From: a virus
Taxonomy: Duplodnaviria > Caudoviricetes
DNA: 40,299 bases
IMG/VR virus record: IMGVR_UViG_3300037423_000838
Coordinates: 1-40,299 of that record
Strand: one strand, 5' to 3'
The notes beneath the pieces are model-generated. The model was not told the DNA's origin, did not search any database, and saw only the letters and a program-made list of their open reading frames with translations. This document shows positions 35,645-40,299 of the stretch, in pieces (the first letter of the stretch is position 1; every line of letters begins with the position of its first letter). The translations under genes were made by a program, and so were the position numbers.

Positions 35645-36162
35645 TAATCCCTACCAACTTTCTGTGGCTTATTACGTGAAAAGTACAGCTCGGACTCTAG
35701 CCATTCCTCATCCGTTGCCAAAGTTTTCTCATCGTGTCTGTGAGGGATAACTCCGGCTTCATATTCAGGATCATTTTTGGCATGCCACCTGTTGTGACAG
35801 GTATGACAGATACGGTGTACGTTACCTTGGTCGTTATTGAGTGTATTTTTGTCGGGACCATGATGACGCGCTTGTTGGGTACCGTTCCTACAACCGACAA
35901 TAGGGTACTTACCACCTCCTGCAGATTTAAGTCCTTTCCATTCACAGGATGCCTCTCTATCAAGAGGATAAAGGGCGGCAGCCCGCTTTCTTCCAGTAGA
36001 TTGTTGATCCTTAAGAGTTGCGTTTCTTCGTCCTCTTCTCCAATCCCCATACTCTTCCTCAGTTTCTTGTAATAACTCAGGGAGTATATTTCCGGAGCTA
36101 CAGCAGCATGGATCTTCTTCGCATTCTCCATGAAAACCTGCCCCACAACTAACGCAAGTCAC
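35644..36162 (-). CDS. HNH endonuclease family protein, Cys-rich
   Basis: RHHG..NTLNNDQGNVHRICHTCHNRWH. Confidence 0.75.
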   Translation of the reverse strand: MTCVSCGAGFHGECEEDPCCCSSGNILPELLQETEEEYGDWRRGRRNATLKDQQSTGRKRAAALYPLDREASCEWKGLKSAGGGKYPIVGCRNGTQQARHHGPDKNTLNNDQGNVHRICHTCHNRWHAKNDPEYEAGVIPHRHDEKTLATDEEWLESELYFSRNKPQKVGRD

Positions 36163-36607
36163 TAGAAGGTTCTATCTTAGTGCCTCCTAGAAATTTAAGA
36201 AGACGCTCGGCTACAATCTCAGGAGTATGTCCATCATATTCTGCTGATTGAAGTCTATCCTCGATATCAAATAAATCCCAATACTCCATTTTGTAATGAT
36301 TAGAGATCTGACCCGTAGGGAGCTGAGCTACAACAATAAACCAACCACCATCGAAGCAGAGTTCTCCATCACTATGACGCATACTCTTGTGCACATCATA
36401 GAGATTTAGCTGCCACCACTCATTAAATAAGGCAGCATTATAAAGCATACGATAGGTATAAAGTTCTCTATAAGAGTGATGCCCATCAGAGACTTCATCC
36501 AAATCAAAATACACATGAAGGTCTTTAGGTTCGATAGGTCGCCAATTAGTAGAACCAGTTCTTACAAAAAGTTCATGAGACACTTCGACTTCTCCTTCTG
36601 TAGCCAC
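36149..36607 (-). CDS. Conserved phage protein (WDGH-like)
   Basis: DGHHSYRELY, KSMRHSDG, GWFIV..LPTGQISNHY..WDLF, YDGHT. Confidence 0.7.
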   Translation of the reverse strand: MATEGEVEVSHELFVRTGSTNWRPIEPKDLHVYFDLDEVSDGHHSYRELYTYRMLYNAALFNEWWQLNLYDVHKSMRHSDGELCFDGGWFIVVAQLPTGQISNHYKMEYWDLFDIEDRLQSAEYDGHTPEIVAERLLKFLGGTKIEPSSDLR

Positions 36608-36725
36608 GAGTTGCTTGCTTAAGACGTAGAGAAATTGTATAGACGCCTGTAGGGCTATTCTCTGAAATTAAAGCATCAGCTACACGGCCACCTAATTCAA
36701 TTTGATCCAGCTTGCGCCTATTCAT
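36573..36725 (-). CDS. Small hypothetical protein, 50 aa (not in ORF track)
   Basis: TAATG coupling, AGGA upstream; MNRRKLDQIELGGRVADAL... Confidence 0.45.
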   Translation of the reverse strand: MNRRKLDQIELGGRVADALISENSPTGVYTISLRLKQATRGYRRRSRSVS

Positions 36726-36871
36726 TAAAGCATCCTATCAATAATATCTTGAATATCTTCTCCATCTTTCACAATAGAAATAATTACGGGGAGATTTTCA
36801 TCATCAACCTCACCTGTTATTGTAATGAGTTCATTTTCATCATTACGATACTCAATAATTACAGTTCTCAT
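36725..36871 (-). CDS. Small acidic protein, 48 aa (not in ORF track)
   Basis: TAATG overlaps at both ends; MRTVIIEYRNDENELITITGEV... Confidence 0.6.
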   Translation of the reverse strand: MRTVIIEYRNDENELITITGEVDDENLPVIISIVKDGEDIQDIIDRML

Positions 36872-37125
36872 TACGTCCCTGCCATGTGATAGTCAGTAAG
36901 TCTATTATCTCCGAACTCGGGATCAACCCATACAACATATGAGTCTCCACCATGACCATGAATTGCTTCCATATCTTCTAATGTATTCCAGACATGAGTT
37001 ACTGGCCTTTTACCTCTCCAACGAACTGCTAAAGAACCATCTGGAAATTGAATACCATCAGCTACAGGGCCTGTGCCACTAACACCTGATGGATCTACAT
37101 CTCTATACCAGATAAATCTTCGCAT
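36871..37125 (-). CDS. Conserved actinophage-type hypothetical protein (HGH motif)
   Basis: RDVDPSGVSGTG.VADGIQFPDG..AVRW...IHGHGG. Confidence 0.75.
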   Translation of the reverse strand: MRRFIWYRDVDPSGVSGTGPVADGIQFPDGSLAVRWRGKRPVTHVWNTLEDMEAIHGHGGDSYVVWVDPEFGDNRLTDYHMAGT

Positions 37126-37139
37126 TGTTCCCCAGCTTT

Positions 37140-37313
37140 CTATCTAGGACAGTTATGGGTGTTAGCTTTTTCAACTAAATCAGAAAGGCTATCCCCATTT
37201 ACACTTAAATTCTCACCCACTGTACAGCCACACATTCTATGAATTAAAAGCACGTCCTCTGGAGATACTACATAGACATTAAATTCTGATAAATCAGCCA
37301 TTGGTCCTGCCAT
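37140..37313 (-). CDS. Small hypothetical protein, 57 aa (HxxC...HxC; not in ORF track)
   Basis: TAATG coupling; AAGGA RBS. Confidence 0.55.
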   Translation of the reverse strand: MAGPMADLSEFNVYVVSPEDVLLIHRMCGCTVGENLSVNGDSLSDLVEKANTHNCPR

Positions 37314-37600
37314 TAGAATAGTTCCTTATTCTTCTTAGCTTGTTCAAGATTCTTCTTAGCTCTTTCATAGTTAAACTCAGCCCTTAAAGCTGCTACTCGC
37401 ATTTCTTCAAGGACCATTCGTTGATTGGCAATACTCTCTTCTTGCCATTCTTGCATATCTGGGAGCTGAATTGACATATCACGCCAACCCTTAGATTGCA
37501 TCCAATTAATAAACCATTCCTGATGTACTTCAAAGATCTGATCTAGCTCATGGTGAAATGCTTCTTCAGGCTCAGCAGCCTTGTCATTTGGTGCAGTCAT
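37313..37600 (-). CDS. Hypothetical coiled-coil protein
   Basis: AAGGAG RBS. Confidence 0.7.
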   Translation of the reverse strand: MTAPNDKAAEPEEAFHHELDQIFEVHQEWFINWMQSKGWRDMSIQLPDMQEWQEESIANQRMVLEEMRVAALRAEFNYERAKKNLEQAKKNKELF

Positions 37601-37620
37601 AATCTAATTCTCCTTATAAA

Positions 37621-37790
37621 CGCTTGTTGGGGCTAATACAAGGGATGAGAGGTCTGACATTACGCCAGACATGATGCCTTGTATAGCCCCAACTCTTTTG
37701 CGATTACTCGCAGCTTATGAAATTTTAGGTGAAGGCTTAACCGACCTTCATGAGAGAGATTGTTAAGAACAAGCGAAGCTCTCACGGCTT
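37621..37790 (-). ncRNA. Structured intergenic RNA (long hairpin, GNRA hairpin, boxA-like site)
   Basis: Stem 37626-37658/37664-37693 with internal loop; TGCGA-GTAA-TCGCA; TGTTCTTAACAAT at 37771-37759. Confidence 0.5.
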
Positions 37791-37801
37791 GTGTTATTTA
37801 C

Positions 37802-38182
37802 TTACTCCTCCGCAGAAGCTACCTTAGTAGCCGGAGGAGGATTAAAGCGAAGATAAAGAGCAGAAGCTCCTCTATCGGTAACAATTCCCTTGTCATCAGT
37901 AACCGGCTTGCGGGTTACCTCGTGACGAGCTTCCCAACCCTTATCGGCAGGGAAATCCTTGGTGTTGTTGTTATTAATCTGCGAAGACTTAGATTGTGCT
38001 CCCTGCGCACTATCGTAGTCATTCTTAACGCAAGCCCACTGTCCAGGATTCTCTTCTAGCAAAAGCTTTGCAGTCGCCCACCGCTCAGTATCAGTAGTAC
38101 GCGGACGAGGAGCAGGCGGGACCTTATCCTCAGAGACGAAAGTAATGCCGTGTGCGTTCGGAATCTGGGTAACTTCAGTCAT
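37802..38182 (-). CDS. Hypothetical protein, 126 aa (W...L.ENPGQWA motif)
   Basis: AAAGG RBS; own promoter; biased codons. Confidence 0.75.
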   Translation of the reverse strand: MTEVTQIPNAHGITFVSEDKVPPAPRPRTTDTERWATAKLLLEENPGQWACVKNDYDSAQGAQSKSSQINNNNTKDFPADKGWEARHEVTRKPVTDDKGIVTDRGASALYLRFNPPPATKVASAEE

Positions 38183-38213
38183 GATGTGTGCCTTTCAAAG
38201 GGTTGTTGGGTAC

Positions 38214-38242
38214 AGCTTACCTGGGTAGCGAACGAATGTCTA
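38214..38242 (-). promoter_or_regulatory. Promoter for 37802..38182
   Basis: TAGACA-17 bp-TAAGCT. Confidence 0.6.
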
Positions 38243-38861
38243 TATCTTTTGCCGACGATTCGTACATCTTTACCTGATCCCATGGCCCGAGCTTGTCCAC
38301 GAGCTTCAGATCCAGACCAGTAGCAATCAGAGGATACTTACGATAATAGTTACCATCAAACATACAACTATTACGACTGCCAAGAACATGACCAAGACCG
38401 AGGATATGACCAAATTCATGACAGACCGTCGTTTCTTTTTAGGCTCCTGTGATATTGATTATATTATTTAGTCGAATGACCATACTAGAAGGAATACCTC
38501 GGCGGCCGAAGTTAGTTTCCCCAGCATATTCTGTAGAGAGATTGTTAACTTTGGAAACTGTTACACAAGGATAGTTCCATCCGGGACACTTGGATACAAA
38601 CTTAATCTGTGTGTACTTAGCTTTCTCCCAACTTGAAATGGCCTCCTGTAGCTTCCAATTAGGGTCTACATTTTTATTGATAACGTAGATCGTGACCGTT
38701 TGTACTTCTGGGGTGCCCAATGACACACTCGACGGCTGTTCGGGCGTTACAGGTGCCATTGTGGGCGAATGAGAGGCATCTGAGGGGGTCACGTAGCGGT
38801 GGGGATCGACCGCGCAGCCCGTTAATAAACACGCAATCACCACTAATTTTAGTAGCTTCAT
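38217..38861 (-). pseudogene. Metzincin-type zinc metalloprotease lipoprotein interrupted by an in-frame TAA at 38441-38439
   Basis: Lipobox LTG-C; the frame continues after the stop as KETTVCHEFGHILGLGH...SCM to TAA at 38217. Confidence 0.85.
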
Positions 38862-38864
38862 TAG

Positions 38865-39047
38865 TCACTCCCAATACTTCTGATTCGAATAGATAGCCTC
38901 TGACAACTTATCCAGATCATTTTCATTAAGATCAAAATCACCTGAATCGGCAGCTTTAGCTACAGCTTTCATAGCTGAAACCTCATCTGCCTCAAGATCT
39001 TCAACAAGAATCTCTTCAATTGCTGAGTGGAATTTAAATCTAGCCAT
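38865..39047 (-). CDS. Small acidic hypothetical protein
   Basis: TAATG coupling; AAGGTG RBS. Confidence 0.65.
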   Translation of the reverse strand: MARFKFHSAIEEILVEDLEADEVSAMKAVAKAADSGDFDLNENDLDKLSEAIYSNQKYWE

Positions 39048-39334
39048 TAGTTCACCTTCCTGTATCTATAGATTTCCCACATCTGATGGAGAAAACGCTT
39101 TACACGTTTCTCATCCCAGAGAATATCTAAATCCTCCCAACCAATATTTGTTCTGAATTGCCAATACCCAGCTACAGGAGTGCGGGATATCTCAAAGGCA
39201 TCTCCACTTTTCTCAAAATTAGTCCAGTAAGTAGAGATGCCTGTACTTACTCCTACCTGTTGAGTCTCAGGAATGTAGTCAAAGTTAGCCTTGGGATTCT
39301 TTCCCTTACCCATTTCGAGATTAACATTATTCAT
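39047..39334 (-). CDS. Hypothetical protein
   Basis: ATGA overlap; packed operon. Confidence 0.6.
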   Translation of the reverse strand: MNNVNLEMGKGKNPKANFDYIPETQQVGVSTGISTYWTNFEKSGDAFEISRTPVAGYWQFRTNIGWEDLDILWDEKRVKRFLHQMWEIYRYRKVN

Positions 39335-39624
39335 GCACTATCTCTCTTCTCGGCATCTGCTTCATACTTAGCTCTCCACATTACTTCAGGGACTAGCATA
39401 ACAGGAACCTCCTGTTCGTGATAAGGCTCATCAACTACTACGATGAACCTATCAAGCATATCCCTTTTACCTTTGTCTTCGAACATCTGTATGACAGCAT
39501 CAGTAGACGTGAATCCTACAGTGTAGTATTTAGACATATCCCAAGCCTCAGTCATATACCATTTACCTGAAGGCTTATAGAAATCTACCTTAACTGATCC
39601 ACTGTTTTCTGAATAATTACTCAT
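39331..39624 (-). CDS. Hypothetical protein (VDFYKPSGKWY motif)
   Basis: ATGA overlap; packed operon. Confidence 0.7.
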   Translation of the reverse strand: MSNYSENSGSVKVDFYKPSGKWYMTEAWDMSKYYTVGFTSTDAVIQMFEDKGKRDMLDRFIVVVDEPYHEQEVPVMLVPEVMWRAKYEADAEKRDSA

Positions 39625-39707
39625 GCCCAGGCCCTGTGTCTTCCCTTATTGTGCTTCTCAAAGAGATGCCAGCGAAAGATATCAATTACCTCACTTAAGA
39701 GAAACAT
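39621..39707 (-). CDS. 28-aa peptide with GRHR motif (not in ORF track)
   Basis: MFLLSEVIDIFRWHLFEKHNKGRHRAWA; purine-rich RBS; ATGA coupling to the next gene. Confidence 0.45.
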   Translation of the reverse strand: MFLLSEVIDIFRWHLFEKHNKGRHRAWA

Positions 39708-39862
39708 CCTCCCACCTTCACCTCGTATTCAGCTTGATTCATTCCTACTTCAAAGCCCAAGCCAAATAACTCAACCCAAATACCTTTTTGAATATCTGAT
39801 AGACCAGACCAAAAGGCTCCTAAGTTATCTGCTAGGTATGCTCTAATCTCTTCGTCATTCAT
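39695..39862 (-). CDS. Small hypothetical protein, 55 aa (not in ORF track)
   Basis: MNDEEIRAYLADNLGAFW...; GAGG RBS; fills the gap. Confidence 0.55.
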   Translation of the reverse strand: MNDEEIRAYLADNLGAFWSGLSDIQKGIWVELFGLGFEVGMNQAEYEVKVGGCFS

Positions 39863-40043
39863 GTTTTGGCCTCTTATCTACTATATGCCTATGGGTACTA
39901 TGAGATCCTGGAACTCTCTCTGTTGGTTCAACTCGAAAATCGATATCGTAGCAAATCCAGTTCTCGTACTCCCACTTTCTTAGAGTAATAGTTTCGCCTG
40001 TAGCAGACTCCCACTTTTGTTCAGTTAACTTTGGCTCATCCAT
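39855..40043 (-). CDS. Hypothetical protein
   Basis: TAATG coupling; AAGGA RBS. Confidence 0.6.
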   Translation of the reverse strand: MDEPKLTEQKWESATGETITLRKWEYENWICYDIDFRVEPTERVPGSHSTHRHIVDKRPKHE

Positions 40044-40297
40044 TATTCATCCTTGGGCTCCTCAGGAACAATACCTCTAAGAATATCCATCAGCTGTTGT
40101 TGTAGATCTGCGTGCAACTCAAAGCCTTCAATCATTTCCTTCTTTTGAGCAATGAGATTTGCCATCCAAGTGTCAATAGAATTCTTAACACGCAGAACGT
40201 GAACTGTAGTTTCTTCAGTCTGGCCCATACGATCATTACGACCATAAGCCTGGTCTTCTTTACCTGGATTCCATTCTTCATCAAGGATAATCATCTG
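40043..40297 (-). CDS. C-terminal fragment of an SNF2-family helicase (5' end outside the window)
   Basis: IILDEEWNPGKEDQAYGRNDRMGQ = motif VI (WNP...QA..R..RxGQ), then SID. Confidence 0.85.
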   Translation of the reverse strand, partial: QMIILDEEWNPGKEDQAYGRNDRMGQTEETTVHVLRVKNSIDTWMANLIAQKKEMIEGFELHADLQQQLMDILRGIVPEEPKDE

Positions 40298-40299
40298 AG

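Noticed and set aside
35644-36162. HNH gene as an intron-borne homing element
   Set aside because: Free-standing, coupled to its neighbours, no interrupted host gene or intron core seen
38327-38419. 30-aa hydrophobic ORF MNLVISSVLVMFLAVV...
   Set aside because: Alternative frame of the HExxHxxGxxH-coding segment; no clear RBS

Overview
Roughly 40 kb, visibly AT-richer than typical actinobacterial DNA, from a tailed dsDNA phage of podovirus type (portal, scaffold, capsid, adaptor, nozzle, three internal/ejection proteins, no tape measure or tail tube). A WhiB gene, apparently leaderless starts and several gene families point to an actinobacterial host. The + strand (2.9-26.3 kb) carries packaging, virion, peptidoglycan-hydrolase, membrane/holin and whiB genes. 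The - strand carries early and replication genes (SNF2 helicase fragment, HNH, Cas4-like PD-(D/E)XK nuclease, Sak4-like ATPase, SSB, primase-helicase, family A polymerase, RuvC-like resolvase), an amidase and a tRNA-Leu(UAA). Genes run off both ends and no integrase is visible. The least explained signals are regulatory: (1) an array of 9-bp TGCAGAGAT repeats with unique spacers in a ~445-nt leader of a winged-helix gene; (2) rRNA-leader-like boxA motifs plus a 17-bp stem enclosing one early gene; (3) a TTGAC-N8-TANNNT motif in three late-strand gene junctions; (4) a TTA-loaded regulator heading the late operon in a phage encoding tRNA-Leu(UAA); (5) two structured-RNA islands; (6) a metzincin lipoprotein split by one in-frame TAA. 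All calls were made by eye; no database searches were run.
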